From: Eledone cirrhosa
Lineage: Eukaryota
Direction: 5' to 3'
Length of the DNA stretch: 64,000 bases
Assembly (NCBI GenBank): GCA_964016885.1
Contig: OZ024740.1
Coordinates: forward strand, 75,640,001-75,704,000
The notes below the pieces were generated by a model. It saw only the letters and a list, made by a program, of their open reading frames with translations, made no database searches and was not told the DNA's origin. A program made the position numbers and the translations under genes. Positions 26,511-41,267 of this stretch are shown here, in pieces. Position 1 is the stretch's first letter; every line of letters starts with the position of its first letter.

Positions 26511-27564
26511 TCATTGCTTGTTTCAGTCATTAGACTGCGGTAATGCCAGACAACACCTTGATTTAGTCAATCATATTGAGCCCAGTAATTATTTTTCAAG
26601 TCTGGTATTTACATTATCAATCCCTTTTTTGTTGAACTGAGAGAGAGGGAGAGAGAGAGAGCGAGAGAGGCAGCAAGCATTTTAAGGCCATTTCCCTGTT
26701 AAAGCATGTGTTAACCTTGCAAGCCCTATGACAGAATTCATATGGTGCTGCGTGAAGCAACGTACCTATTCTAAACTGGATACACACACCAAAGATAGTT
26801 AGATAATTATCTGTACACAAAAGATAGCTAACTACAGAGAGAGATATTTAGGTAACAACAGATGTATATTCCAACTGATTAATTCTGAGTTTAAAACAAA
26901 GCCCTAAAACAAAGCTCTCATGTAATTACTTTACCAATACTGTAATTAATCATGTTTAAAAGATGTCAAACAAGTTTCCGATTCACTTAGTTTCTTTGAA
27001 TCATAAATGTTTGTTTCTGTGAAGATAATTATACTTGCTAGTCAGGAAATTTGTATAACAGCTGTTACAACCTTATCTGTGTTATTTTATTTGAAGTTTT
27101 TTGTTCAATCTTTACATTTGTTAGTGTAAGTAGCATGCTGTTCTTGACCGGGATATAGAAATAGTTTTTTTTTATTTTTATTTTTTCAATACTTAGGTGG
27201 GAGTGAAGGGAAATGCCCATGACCATTTTCAGGGTCTCTGGAAATGGTGAGAGGAAGAAAGGAAGGTATCTTTAAATTAGAAACTTTGCTGAAATGCTTA
27301 TAACAGAGTGGACTCCACCAAAGGTACTGAAAAGCTAAGTGACGTCCATGCAGGTCATGGTGGATTTGAAATTCTTGCTCTGTATTCTTGCACTGCATAA
27401 TGATTTCTGGGAAGCTTTTTAATGTCCACTGCATTAAAAATATTTACTCATACTTCACTAATTTATGTATCATTTTATTATACAGAGATGTCAACGATTT
27501 GGTACTCTGATATAATTGTAATGTTTCATGTAATGAAGTTGGCTTCTCTTTAGTCATGATTGAT

Positions 27565-28890
27565 GAAATACTTCTTTAGAAATCAAGAGATGAATAATGG
27601 TAAAGCTGTGGGACCATCAGAAATGGTTGCTGAAATGCCAAAAGCATTGGAAGAGGTAGGTATCAAACTAGTAACCTGCATAAGTCAATAAAGTAATACA
27701 AGATGGAGTCAGAGCCAATGACTGGTGCAGCAGTACATCATAAATTGCTACAAGGACAAAGGTCTAAAAAGAAGCAACTGTGGAGGAAGAAAACTAATGG
27801 ACCGAGTTATGAAAGTGCTGGAAAGAGTTATAAGGCAGCTAATTAGGGAAAGACCCCAAATAGATGAGATGCCTTCTTTTTAGTGAGGCAACTACAAGAG
27901 AAGTTCCTAGCCAAGAATAAGCCACTATACTTAACTTTTGTTCATCTAAAAAAGGCCTTTAACAGAGTACCTCAATCTATTATCTGGTGGTCCTTAAGGA
28001 AATTAGCTGTAGAAGAATGGCTTGTGAGAGTAGTGCAAGCCATGTATAGAGGAGCTGATAGTAAAGTGAGAGTAGGAAATGAGTTTAGTGAGGAATTCAA
28101 GGTATAGGTACAAGTTCATCAAGGTTTGGATTATTAGCCTACTGCTGTTCATCATAGTGCTCTAGGCCATAGCAGAGGAGTTTAAAATGGGCTGTCATGG
28201 AAAATTCTCTATGCAGATGATTTGGTCCTTATAGCTAAAACCATAAAAGAGCGAGAAAATAGGTTCCGACTATGGAAACAAAATTTGAAATCAAAGGTCT
28301 GAGAGTAAACTAAGTCAAAAGTAAAGTGCTAGTGAGTAGGAAAGACGATAGCACCCTGATTCCTTCAGGGAAATGGCTCTGCTCAATATGTAGAAAAGGA
28401 GTAGGCATAAACTCCATAAAATGTACACAATGTAAATTTTGGGTACACAAGAGATTTAGTGGGATAATGAGTAGACAGAAAGGGAAGACTTTGTATGTAG
28501 AAGATGCACAGGGGTAATTGAGAGGAAGAGTGGCAGTGATATAAACATTTTCTAGTCACAGGAAGGATCCATAGAAAGGATTGATAGCTTCTGCTATCTA
28601 AGTGACTTAATTAGCATAATAGCTAGAAGAAGGATAGGATGGAAAAAGTTTAGTAGCTACTCCCACTGTTGACTATAAAAGGATGACTATATGATGCCTG
28701 TATGTGAAGTGCGATGCTGCGTGGTAGTGAAACATTGGCTGTGACTGCAAAGGCCGTGTAGACTGGAAAGAAATGAAGCACATCATTCATTGGATGTGCA
28801 ATGTAAATGTGAGAAAAAGGCAGAGCTTGGACGAGTTGAGGGAGAAGCTGGGTTTAAGGGGAATTTGAGATGGTGTATAAGAGAGAAGAA
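27565..28890 (+). mobile_element. RTE LINE fragment
   Basis: VRQLQEKFLAKNKPLY..FV.LKKAF.RVP...WWSLRKL; LYADDLV; CSICRKGVG.NSI.CTQC. Confidence 0.88.
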
Positions 28891-31800
28891 ATTATAAACT
28901 GCTGAATCAAAAACCTTGTTGCATGAAGTTATCTCCCATTTATGTTCTGGTTTCAAAGTTTGTTGAAGCTAACTTTATCTGATAATGAAATATATACCTG
29001 TTGAACCAGCAAACAAACATCTAGTCCAGTGATTGCCAAACTCTTTTTGTCATAGAACATTTATATGATTTTCAAAATATTGGAAAAAGCATATCTATAC
29101 TTTATGGACAATCTCCATTCATCTGATTTTAATAAAACATTAAACGAAAGCAAGAGAATTTGTTCATAAAAACAACAAAAAAACAAACAAACATATAATA
29201 GAATTTTATAAAATTTTCAGAGAGAGAGGGGAGAGGGGATAGAGAAAGAGGGGTGGATGGGATGGATTGGTGTAAATAGTTTATCAGCTGTATGATGGGG
29301 AAGAACTAAAGACATGTTTGATAAAGAAAGACATGTTTGAGAAGGTACCTGGCTAGGTGGGACTGGATGGGAAAAAGCTTTTAACTAAAACATCTTGGAG
29401 ATTTTTATCTTTTTTGAATGAAAGGGAATAAACGTTCAAGGAATAGAAAACGGAAATTATGGAGAAGTGCATGAAATAAAATAAAAATAAAAGAAAGGGG
29501 AATCTGGTTTTTGGATGTATGCATGTCTCATATAAGTGCAGTAGTGTGGCTGATAGGTTTGGTGCCATCAAATGTGGTAGCCATAATGAAAGAAGAGAAC
29601 CATGATGTAAAAATAGCCATATTACCTCAGATTTAAAATGAAAATTTGAGTCTTTGCTGCACAGATGGAAGAACTAGGAAAAGGATATTAGGGTTTGAGC
29701 ATGTGCAGAGTATAAAAAAGAATAAGCTGAGATAGGACTAGAAAACAGTTGGCTTATAGTTTATGGAGGTGGACGGGTGGATGCTAACAGTAACAAGTGA
29801 GATCTCTAAAAGATTGACAGGTGTATCACATATGGTGGAAATAAATGTCAATACAGGGTTAAATGAGTTGGCATAGGAGATGAAGCAGCCTAGTTAATCT
29901 ATGGCTCATCTTAATACCTATAGTTAACCTTCTAGGCTTGACAGGGAAGGGTATTAGTGCTGGGTTGGAGTATGAGGTGTTGGTCCAGGAAGTATTAAAG
30001 CTGAGAAGCTTTAATGTCAATGATGAAGTTTCTATTTAGCTGCTCGACATGCCAAACACAGCAGCACAATTTCATTCAAATCACACCCTTTTTCTTCCTT
30101 GCTTACTTATTCCTGGGAGGGTTGTGAGCTCAGAGTTCTCGAGCACACCTTCCAGAGGGTCCTGTCAGAGGCAACTATCTTCAATTGATCTGGCTAGATC
30201 CCCAAGTGAGACCAGCCGATGTTATTCAATATCTTGATCAGGATCTACCTGTGAGTCTCCTGCCAGTTGGTTTTTGCCTGTAAAATGTGTCCAGTGATTC
30301 TTTTTTGAGACATTAACCCCTTTCCATCTTAAAAAATAAGTCATATTGGATGTGTTCCTGGGTTCTTTGTACATAGAGAAAATGTGGCATAATCATGGCT
30401 AGAATGCTTTTGATTACAAATTTACTAGATCAGGGTTGAGTTAGAGCTAGACAACAACAACAATAGTTTCTTCACTGTATTTTTCACTATTGAAGATGTC
30501 ATAGAGAGCATAAATAGTTACAATACAAAATTGTTAAAATTGGGTATTGAAACATAAAGTTATGACAAGGTTTGTGCAAAGATGGCAATAAGACCAGGCC
30601 AAATGTAATATGTAATTCCTGCTAAAGCTGCTAATAGAATCAGGCCAGGTGTGAAACTGGTTCATTAAGTATTTTAGTAATTAGTGCTAAATACATATGA
30701 TTTTTATATGGGTTGCCAGTATATACATGCACATATGATGTAAGTGATGACCTTACAGTTAACAGGACTAACTAAAAGAACTAGAACTTGAGGCATGTAG
30801 GTCACCTCAAAATTATAGCCCCAAGGTAAATGACCCACTTGTCCCCACCCCTTGTTCTGGATATGACTGAAACAAGGATCAATTTCCAGGGAAAATCCAC
30901 CTATTCTGTCAGAGACTTCTACTAAGCACACACAGATTATAAATAGTGACTAGCAAAGACAACTAATAAATGAAAGTTTATATAAATGAAAACTACTTTG
31001 TTTTATAATTGTTAATAATTTGGTATGCTAAACTCTGACTGGTTAACTATATACCATAAGATCTTGAGGACGACAACAGATGGATGAACAGTTATGACAT
31101 AGCTGCACTGAATCTCAAAGAGAGTTTCTCTTGTAATTAGCAGAGCCTATAAGTTTATTTGGGGCCTGGTGAATCAAAGACAGGCCCATGAATATCTGAT
31201 AACCCCACCTAAAAAAGCAATGTCTGTCAGTGTTCTTGAATATCGGGAAAGCCCCCCCCCCCCCCCCCCCCTCCTCGCCTACCCTGAAAATAGTCTTGTT
31301 TAACTTTGTCAAATTTCTTTTTGGGGCCCTGCTCATCAGCCACCCATAAATCTGCAATAGATGTTGACAGCCACGTCCCTGAATCTTTGTGAAGAATTGC
31401 TATGGTAAATTCTTGGTTGTTGTGACCAATTGATCTAATTGAACAATAGGGACCACATTGTTCCAATGTATCCCTCTAAATTTAACCCTTTTGATATAAA
31501 ACTACCTGAAGCCACTCCTGATTCTATTATACCAGACTGTTTGTTTTAAAGTGTTTGTATTTATCTAAAAACCTTCCATCATTATTTTATGTAAGAAACT
31601 TTGTTAAGTTATACTCCAAACACCAACTTAATAATGAGAAGGATAGTTAGATTACTAAATACCTCTGAATTCTTGATTATTAAAAAAAATATCTTAAGCA
31701 GTGTTTTCCATTAGAAATATGGTAATGAAAGTGATAAGATGCTAATGTGTAATTTGGAGACATTAATTTAGCAAAGTCGTTAGAGCACTGGACATTTGAT

Positions 31801-32453
31801 CTTGCTTTTTGTGTTCTGAGTTCAAATTCTGCTTGGGTCCACTTTGCCTTTCATCATTTTTGTGTCAACAAAGAAAGTATCAGCCCAGTGTTGATGCAGC
31901 CCTTTCTCATTCCAGTTGTCACATTCTGGATGTTCTACTGGGTCAAGAGAAGAGGGGTCCAGAGGGTTTTTGAGTTGACTCATGACTGCAATATTCAACC
32001 CTTTGTGAAAATATGATACATGCTTCTAAGTAATGATCACAATTTTTTTTATTTTTTAGTGTGTAGATGATCCCTGGGTGAAGAAGTGCCAGTAGAGGTA
32101 TACAGAGAAAGATCTGGGCGGAGGTGGTGAGAGCTGATCTCAAATTGCTGGGACTCAAAGAGATGACGAAGGAATGTAATAAGTGGAGAAACGCTGTGCT
32201 GAAAAGGACCCATCCAACCCATGCAAATATGGAAAAACGGATGTAAAAACGATGATGATGGTGTATGATTTGAAAAATTTGGTTGTTATTTCTAGCAGGT
32301 CAAACAACTTCATAGTGGCTTCTTTGATAGGTTTGATACTGATATTGATAGCAAAGGCTGAAAAGTTGTTGGTAGGCATTCCTACCATGACAATCCCATT
32401 TTTTTTCTAAGCATAGTACTCCAGATTACATTGCTCATGGGTTTTTCCTTTAA

Positions 32454-32655
32454 CTCTTTAATGTTCAAACCGGCCAAAACCGGCCAGAATTCTATACCTT
32501 TTTCTGTTGAAACTGGTCGCCCAAACTGATGTTAAAGTATTGTTCTCAAAATAAATACTTTTAAAATCTTATAGATTCGATATTATGTGACATAATTATG
32601 CGAGATAAAGCCTATACCATGAAAATATATATAGAGTAATGCAAATGCTAAAGGG
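32454..32655. mobile_element. piggyBac-like MITE
   Basis: TTAA|CTCTTTA...TAAAGGG|TTAA: TTAA target duplication and CCCTTT-type TIR with one mismatch. Confidence 0.6.
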
Positions 32656-32900
32656 TTAAGACAGTAGTGTATTATTTGAAGAAGTTTGGGCTTCTATTTG
32701 AAGCAGATCAGCTAAGCACAGAGGAGAGACTTTCTTATTTCTTCAGTGGTAGTGATATTGATGTGCTTAGTGACCATTCTTACTTTGGTGATTCTATATC
32801 ATGGTTAAGATGCTGCTGATCCTGATGACAATGATGATGATGATAACAGCAACAAGAGTTAGCACACAAAACCCTTGACACACACACTACACAATATATT

Positions 32901-32983
<83 letters not shown>

Positions 32984-33224
32984 AATAAAGGATAAAGATC
33001 CCATAATGCCTTGTGGAGTCGTAGAGGCACCATCACACGGCGTGTCTAGGGCACTTTTAAACCTGGCGGAACCCAACCCTCTCCAGGTCTGAACACAGCT
33101 GATTTTTTCTATAGTGGAAGAATCGACCGCAGTACTGGCCTGATACGATATATATATATATATTATATATTACATTCAAAGTTATAGATGTCATGTTTGA
33201 GATAATCTCAAATATATATATATC

Positions 33225-34760
33225 GCTTAGAAAAATAGGAGTCGATGCGTGGCTTGTGAAGGCTGTACAAGCCATGTATAGGGGAGCAGTCAGCAAAAGT
33301 AGGAATAACAATCTATAGTGATGAATTTAGCGTGCAGGTTGGCGTCCATCAGGGCTTTGTTTTTAGGCCTCTTCTGTTTATTATCGTACTGTAGGCTATA
33401 ACAGAGGTGTTTACGACCGGCTGCCCATGGGAACTACTGTACGCAGATGATCTTACACACAGCTGAGTCTATGGTGGAACTAGAGAAGAAATTCCAAACG
33501 TGGAGGCATGGTCTTAAAATCAACCTGACAAAGACTATGGTCGAAGGGAAAACAGAGCCCTGATCCCTTTGGGAAAATGGCTTTGCTCAGTGTGTAGGGA
33601 AGGTGTAGGTCCAAATTCCATCCTCTGTCCTAAATGCAAACTACGCAAGAGATGTAGTGGGATCTCAAGTAATTTAGCTAAAAATGTAGGTGTTTACATG
33701 TAGCCATTGCTGGAGCAGTAAACAGCAAATAACCGCAGGAAACAAGTTCTATCAGCTTCTGGGAAGGTTCAGTAGAAGCAGAGATAGTTTCTGCTACCTG
33801 GGAGACCAAATTAGCAGTGGAGGTGGGTGTTCTGAAAGCACAGTAACCAGAGTGAGAACGGGATGGAAGAAGTTCAGGGAGCTACTACCACTGCCAGCTA
33901 CAAAAGGCTTTCCCCTCAGAATGAAAGGCAGACTGTATGATGCATGCATACGAAGAGCAATGTTACATGGTAGTGAGACCCTGACGCTGTGTGTAGAAGT
34001 CTTGGGAAGATTGGAAAGAAATGAAGCTTGCATGCTCTGATGGATGTGTAATATTAATATACGTGAATGGCAAACAAACTGAGAGAGAAACTAGGCATAA
34101 GAGGAATCAAATACAGTGTGTAGGAGAGAGATTGTGTTGGTATGGACATGTGATGCATATGAAAAGGTGCAGAGCGCTCAAAGTTGATGGAAGTCATGGA
34201 GTGGGGAAACCCAGGAAGACTTGGGATGAGGTGATAAAAGCTGACCTTGCTCAATTGCACCTCTCAAAGACGATGACACAGGACCGAGATCTCTGGCGTT
34301 TTGCAGTAATACAGAAGACCCGCCTTCCCATGGGCGCAGACTGAAGCTGAAGCATACGTATAGTATGCATCACCCTTACTTCCACCCCACTTCCATACAC
34401 CTCCCATGAGGACAGGCTGAAGCATACATCTAATGAAGCCCCAGCTTCACACTGTAAAGTGGTTGTGATGGTGACATGACAAAAAGCACCCAACCCACAC
34501 TGTAAAGTGGTTGTGTAGGTGTCACGACAAGAAGTAGCCAGCCCACACTGTAAAGTGGTCATGTAAGTGTCACTACAAAAAGCACCCAGTGCTCACTGTA
34601 AATGTGGTTGGCATTAGGAAGGTCATCCAACTGTAGAAACCAAACCAAAATCAGTTCTTTATGAGCAAGACATGGTCACCTGACCTGGCATTTCTCACAG
34701 CAGGACAACTTGTCTAATCCATGCTGGCATGGAAAAATGGATGTTAAACAGTGATGCTAT
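33225..34760 (+). mobile_element. RTE LINE 3' portion with 3'UTR; a minus-strand 3'UTR follows tail-to-tail at 34790-35160
   Basis: PWELLYADDL, FCYLGDQISSGGGC, GKPRKTWDE, MTQDRDLW. Confidence 0.9.
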
Positions 34761-35984
34761 ATATATGACAATGATGCTATATATATATATCATCATCATC
34801 ACTGTTTAACATCTATTTTCCATGCTTGCATGGGTTAGACAGGCTGTCACATTATGAGACAAGTCATGTCAGGTGACCGTGATTTACTCATACAGAACTG
34901 TTTCTAGCTTGGTTTCTATGGCAGGATGCATTTCCTAACACCAACCACATTACACTGTAGACTGGATGCTCTTTATCATGGCACCAAAATGATCATCTAG
35001 AGGGTAAACTGGGCATGTTTTTATTGTGTTGCAAGTATAATCATCTCACAGGGTGGACAAGATGCTTTTTATCATGTCACCAGCACAACCACCTTACAGA
35101 GTAGACTGGGTGCTTTTTGTTGTGTCACCAGCACAACCACTTTACAGGGTGCTTTTTGGTTTTTATTGTGGCAGCAGCAGCACTGTGGGAAAGCAGGTGT
35201 GGAGCACATCAGCTTTCCATGCTTGTATGCATGATTTGGAGAAGAAAGGTGTGGAAGGCAGGGGTTGGGGAGGTTGTATAGAGCATATATGCAGAATGGG
35301 GGTGGGGGTACGTGTGGAAGATATAGCTGGTGAGAAGGTCGGGGTGAGTATTAAGATGTGGGAAGGTGTATGGACAAGGTAGAGTGGGAGATTTGGTGCA
35401 GACTGGTGTCTTCTGGATGTTTGCTTCATCCTGTGCACATGGGAAGGCAGGTTTTCTGCAGTAATTCATAATGCCAGAAATTTTGATCCCATACAAACTC
35501 CAAAAATGAAAGTATTTAAAAACATTTTTTGAAATAAACATGAAGAGAGAATAAGAAAAATTAAATTTAAAAAAAGGGAAAGGGGGAGGGGAGAATGGAA
35601 AATCTACACCCTTGCCTGGGCATACATCTCAGCTGTATTTGCAGACACAAGAGTAAAAGCAAGTGACACATGCTATAACAGTCATTCCATGTCATGGGCT
35701 CCTTTCATCAGGTGAGATTTACTGCTCCTAATTTTACAGAGGAAAATGGCAGTTTGGGGGCCAATGACAACTAGTATGAAAAGGAAGCAGTTGGCCAAAA
35801 CCCAGTATTTGGATATTTTCAACATTTCTGCATCATGGGTAACAGTTTGTGGTTGAAGTGATGTTGTTGGTAACAGAGAATATATTGCAGCATGTGGCAT
35901 CCTAAATTTATGATTTACCTTCCATGAACAGGAAATGGGTGAACTCATCTGTGTGCCTACTGTCACCATGGTTGAGGCCAATAG

Positions 35985-36445
35985 GCTTGAGTTGTGATGG
36001 AAAACCAGCTGCATCAGATATCATTCAAGATGGTATGCCAAGGAAACTGACCTACACTGTGTCAACAAGAATGTAGTCCAAACTCAATGGCCATGCCTCC
36101 ACAATGGCACTTATGTGGATCACACATGCGGAGTACATCCTGGTTGATAAGAAGGCTCCACAATGGCACTTATGTGGATCACACATGCGGAGTACATCCT
36201 GCTTGATAAGAAGGTACTGAATTGAACTATGCACCATTGTTTGGCTGCAAGGCAGACCTGGTGCAAGCAAGACAGTGTTGGTCAAGGGAAAATTTGATTA
36301 TCATGCAGGTTAAACTGCATTTGCTGTCATCCATGGTGCAATCTCCAGAGCCAATTCAAGTTCCTGGTTCACATGAGGTTCTGACGTTTTGTGGAGAAGT
36401 TCATGGGTGAGAGTGTGACTGGAAATTATGGTTGGCTGCCAGAGC
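35985..36445 (-). mobile_element. Degenerate CRE-like zinc-finger region with internal ~57-bp tandem duplication
   Basis: CDPHKCHCG...GLHSC..SVG.FP.H..LNDI. Duplicated CTCCACAATGGCACTTATGTGGATCACACATGCGGAGTACATCCTG. Confidence 0.6.
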
Positions 36446-38085
36446 CAGAGTTCTTTTTGAATGAAAATATAAACACCTATAACAAATACAATTAACTATT
36501 GTTCGGAACCCCACAAATACAACACACCAAAATATACGACCAGAGCGAGAGAAAAAAAAAGGGAAACAAAAACAAAAACGACCATCAATTCACCAAGTGA
36601 GACAATCGGGCGCACAGTGGTTTCATGTTATTGTGTTTGTAAGGAAGATTTTGTTGGCGATATCCATTAGTATATTTCTGCTTATTAATTAATTTTTAAT
36701 GAGTGTTTCTTACAAATGTCCCCGACTACCATTTCATTTTATTTAAAGAAATAGTGTATCTCGAACCACATTGTCCAAAGTGTCTTCTCTTTCTTTTGAA
36801 GATAGTAAGAGATCTGATTTGAAGATTTTGTAGCAGGTCAAACAACCAAGTAGAAATAGCTTCCTTTGGGGATTGTTGTTTATCTTCAGGAGACCCCTGA
36901 TCAAAAACATTGCAGCCTTGACCATCCCGTCTTTCCCTATACCAAGGAAAACATTATCCGATGTATCTTATTATAACCCCATTTATGTTTAGAATACATT
37001 ATAGTGATATTAAATCGACTTCTACTTTATTTTATCACCCCCTACGGTAAAGTGAGAAGTTTTGGCTACTAGTTTTTGTAGATCGAATATGACCACGTTG
37101 ACTCGTAGTAATACAATGTTTGTTCAGTATAGCGAAATATTATCTTTATAGTGAAGTAGGAGGAGACGGGTAACTTTCTTTTAGTGTCTTCCTCCTCCTA
37201 TTCCTTCCCATTTTCTTTATCTACTGCGCGACTAAAAAGAAAGAAAGAAAGAAAGAGAGAGTAGTACAGATAAAGACAGTCAGACAACGACATAACCCGC
37301 CAGATACGAGAAGTGTGTTGTGAAAATTTTGTTTGTCTATTTTAAATGTATAATTGTTTCTACTTTTGGCACTTTATTTTATCGACCCCGTAAGGATGAA
37401 AGGCAAAGTTAACCGTAGCGGGATTTGAACTCAGAAATGTATAATGTTTATTGTATTTGTTATGTAGGGCATGTATTATAATGTAATATTGTATAGTGCT
37501 GTGATGCGTTGAATTAGTAGTCGTCTAGTTCCAGATCATTTCCGATTAAGCAGAAGCATTCTCCCCATGACCAGCCCGTCTCTTTTAGGTGAATGTAAGA
37601 CTACATTATCCAGTGTATCCTTCCCTTTCCCAAGACTGTATAGTATGATTTTTATGAGAATCGGCTGCTATTTCTTGTAGATCGAGCGACCACATGAAGG
37701 ATCCCTCAACGCCTATACACATTTCTTATTATTTATCTATATATTTCTATGTCTATCTATCTGCTTCTATATTTCTCTTTCTAATTATCTCTTTCTCTCC
37801 ACTCTACCTGTATGTAATCTTTTTGTCTTTTCCTCTAACCAACGGTCTCTGTCTCTCTCGCACACACACGCACTCTATTTATCCATATATTTATCTTTGC
37901 TCATCGTTGCTTCCACCAATCTTATCAGCTTATTCATTTTTCTTCTGTTCCTATCATATTTAATTACTGTGGCACACCTGCCTGATGTGTACGTTAATTC
38001 GGAGAAACTGGTATAGGAAATAACAGGCCAGTCACAACAATAAACAGAAAACAGCAAAAGACACACACCCGTTCACATATACACA

Positions 38086-38133
<48 letters not shown>

Positions 38134-38248
38134 TTGTTAGTAAATAAAACGTTTTCACTACCGACAGTAGAACGACAGGCAAATGACATCTATGTACATG
38201 GTTGGGTCGTCACCATAAACGAGAGACACCCGGCTCGAATAAAAGCTA

Positions 38249-38406
38249 ATGACTGAGATGATAGCGCGATTATTAAGCATTCGTTTAGCAAGAATGTTGA
38301 ACTCGGTCCTTCCTCAGTCGCGTTTTGGCAAGATCCTACTGTTATGTGGAATTACAATAATGTTCTATATCTACTGGACCTATAATTTTGACTCATCTGA
38401 GAACAG
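38249..38406 (+). CDS. Probable first coding exon of a type II membrane protein (MTEMIARLLSIRLARMLNSVLPQSRFGKILLLCGITIMFYIYWTYNFDSSEN), possibly Golgi glycosyltransferase-like
   Basis: In-frame upstream TAA, ATG, basic cytoplasmic tail followed by a hydrophobic signal-anchor, perfect donor AG|GTAAGT, unique-looking context. No downstream exon identified. Confidence 0.55.
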
Positions 38407-38957
38407 GTAAGTGAAGCGCTACTTTGTCCATACTAATTGCTGTTGTTGATACATGAATCTATTGTCGTCGTCGTTGTTGTTTCTGTTTAACAAATATAAA
38501 TTTTATTTCAGTGATACACGAATGGGTATATCATCCCCGTCGTCGTTTTGACACCTGCTGATTCATGGTAGCATGGGCTGGACCACACACAGGCACTCAC
38601 ATTATATTAAACCTTGCAATATATACAATGCAGTATCTTACTGAGATATATATGTTAAATGTCACCGAAGTGTTTTCATTTTTGAAGTATGGGCTAATTA
38701 AATATCGAAATACACAGCAAACTGCATGATCTATGTATATAAAACATACGGCAAGTCCTGATAAAGGCTTACTCTTGCACTTAACAGTTCAACAATGATG
38801 TCCTCTCGGCACTTACAATTGTTTGACAGACAAGACATAATAAATACTAACTTTTAAATAATAATTTTAAAATTCAGTTTTCCTCCAGGCCATATATTAA
38901 ATGTAGTTTGTTTTTATTTATTTATTATTTTTTTTAAAGTAGATTTTTATTTAACAG

Positions 38958-39200
38958 CCTATGGCGTTCGAGACGTTTAGCGGAGTTGGGCCGCAGACGG
39001 CGAAGTTCTTGTCATCGTCAACGGCTCGCCTTACTGAGGTGTCAGGTGATGCCCGTGAGGGTACTTGGTTGTTTCAGTGCTTTAGCCTCGCCATCACTCG
39101 TGGTAATACCGCGAGCGTATTGGCTTGCCTCAAAATACTTCGTTGACCCTTGTGATGTGCGGCCGATTGTCGCACTTTGCGAATTGATGGTTGTTTTTGT
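38958..39200 (+). mobile_element. CRE-like RLE 3' fragment
   Basis: AFETFSGVGPQTAKFLSS..ARLTEVSGDAREGTWLFQCFSLAITRGNTASVLACL, homologous to 21479-21680. Confidence 0.85.
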
Positions 39201-39621
39201 TTCCTTTTTTCCTTCTTTCTCTCGCTCTGGTCGTATAGGTGAAGTTCCTAGCAATAGTTAATTGTATTTGTTATAGATGTTTATATTTTCATTCTAAAAG
39301 AATTGTGAACAATTTGTAATGTTATTTTTACAACTGTGAATAATACTAAAATAAAAACGTAACACTATATAACAGTAAACAGTTTAAGCAACTTATTTAC
39401 CCCTAACTAGGACAGCAATAAAAACATGCAAATCTTAATTTTGGTTTGTCTTATAGATATTTACTTTAATACCTACACATATCGGGCATCGTTTTGTAGT
39501 TAAGAAATTTGTTTCGTAGCCTCAATGTTTTGGGTTAGGGTTACTCAGCTACTCAGCAACTTGGGCATGTGTCTTTGTTTGAACTGACTAATGCTTAATT
39601 AGTGAAATTTGGGTGGCGGAA

Positions 39622-39622
39622 A

Positions 39623-39672
<50 letters not shown>

Positions 39673-39819
39673 TATAAACTCATATAGTATACTAGGGAGA
39701 GGATCAGGGGTGTATAATACTCCACTTATCCAACAGGCAGTATAAGGTTAGCTCGATGTCTGAGGACAGAGCCGTGATATAATCAATAACAAAGAACGCC
39801 TATAGCATATATAAACTCA

Positions 39820-39877
<58 letters not shown>

Positions 39878-40290
39878 TATAAACTCATATATATATATAT
39901 ATATGCATATAAACTCATATATATATATATATATATATGCATATAAACTCATATATATATATATATGCATATAAACTCATATATATATATATATATATGC
40001 ATATAAACTCATATATATATATATATATATATATGCATATAAACTCATATATATATATATATATATATATGCATATAAACTCATATATATATATATATGT
40101 ATATAAACTCATATATATATATATATATATATGTATATAAACTCATATATATATATATATATATATGCATATAAACTCATATATATATATATATATATGC
40201 ATATAAACTCATATATATATATGCATATAAACTCATATATATATATATATATATATGCATATAAACTCATATATATATATATATATATAA
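39622..40290. repeat. (TA)n-based minisatellite with GCATATAAACTC core
   Basis: More than a dozen GCATATAAACTC(AT)n units. Confidence 0.92.
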
Positions 40291-40430
40291 AAATACTTAG
40301 GTTAGTAGGAGTTAGGTATTATATACCCGTGTCCCATTAAGGTATTGGCAGCATAATAATTAGCTCTATGCTTTGGAGCAGAGCCGTATATATGAAAAAG
40401 AACACAAGAGCGTCTACAACATCAAAAGAT

Positions 40431-40492
40431 TTTTATTGGCTAACAATGTTTCTTCCTTACGTGTAACCGTAGGATTCATCAGAGCTATAAAA
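40431..40492 (-). ncRNA. Minimal type I hammerhead in a Penelope-like pLTR fragment
   Basis: UUUUAUAGCU-CUGAUGA-AUCCUACG GUUACA CGUAAGGAA-GAAA-CAUU-GUU^-AGCCAAUAAAA. Confidence 0.7.
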
Positions 40493-41267
40493 GGGGTTTG
40501 ATTGGTGTTATGGACTCTACCAACCAAACACCCAAGAACAAAGAGTAAAGAGAGTAAAGAGCAAAAGTAGGGGACGATAAGTCTAATTTTGGTGCGGGAG
40601 GGTGGGGTGTTGGTCCTTGTTTACTAGCTGCGGTCATATTCATTCCCGGGGGTCGGGTGGTTAGCTGAACCATAGATGGGGTGGCGTCGATAGTATGGTG
40701 CAGAGGGTGCGCAGAGGCTACACAAACACAAAGGGCGTAGAATACATATATACATATAGCAGAGGAGAAGGTACATGAGGTAATTAGAAATTGAAAAAGA
40801 GTAATAATAATAATCTATAATTAATAGTGTATAATAAGGCATGGGGAAGATTACACTATAATAAGGTATAAAAGTAAGAATAAGGTAAAATATAAAGGGG
40901 ATAAAAGTGGAAATAATAATAAAGATAAAAAATATATAGAGAATATATAAGGAAATATAAGCGAATATTTGGAGGGGAAAACACAATGTAAAAAAAACCA
41001 ATTTTTTTTTTTTTTTTTTCAAACAATAATAAAAATATAATAATTATGGGGGGAGAAAACAGGATAGAGAAATATGATCAAGTGTGATTCGTTGAGAGAG
41101 TATAAGATGATAACAGTTATGTCCAGTTTATACATCTTAATAATAAATAATAAACAATATGTGTATCAGAGTTGCAGAACCCTCAATTCACTTACGGGCT
41201 CATATGATATGTTGATTTAAAACTGCACTATTCACAAGTGTTTTTTAACCTTTATATCATGTCTTCC

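Noticed and set aside
29500-30060. Possible old CR1/Jockey-type LINE remnant on the minus strand
   Set aside because: Only faint motif resemblance; too degenerate to call.
39755-39790. CTGAGGA as a hammerhead core
   Set aside because: No downstream stem II/GAAA.
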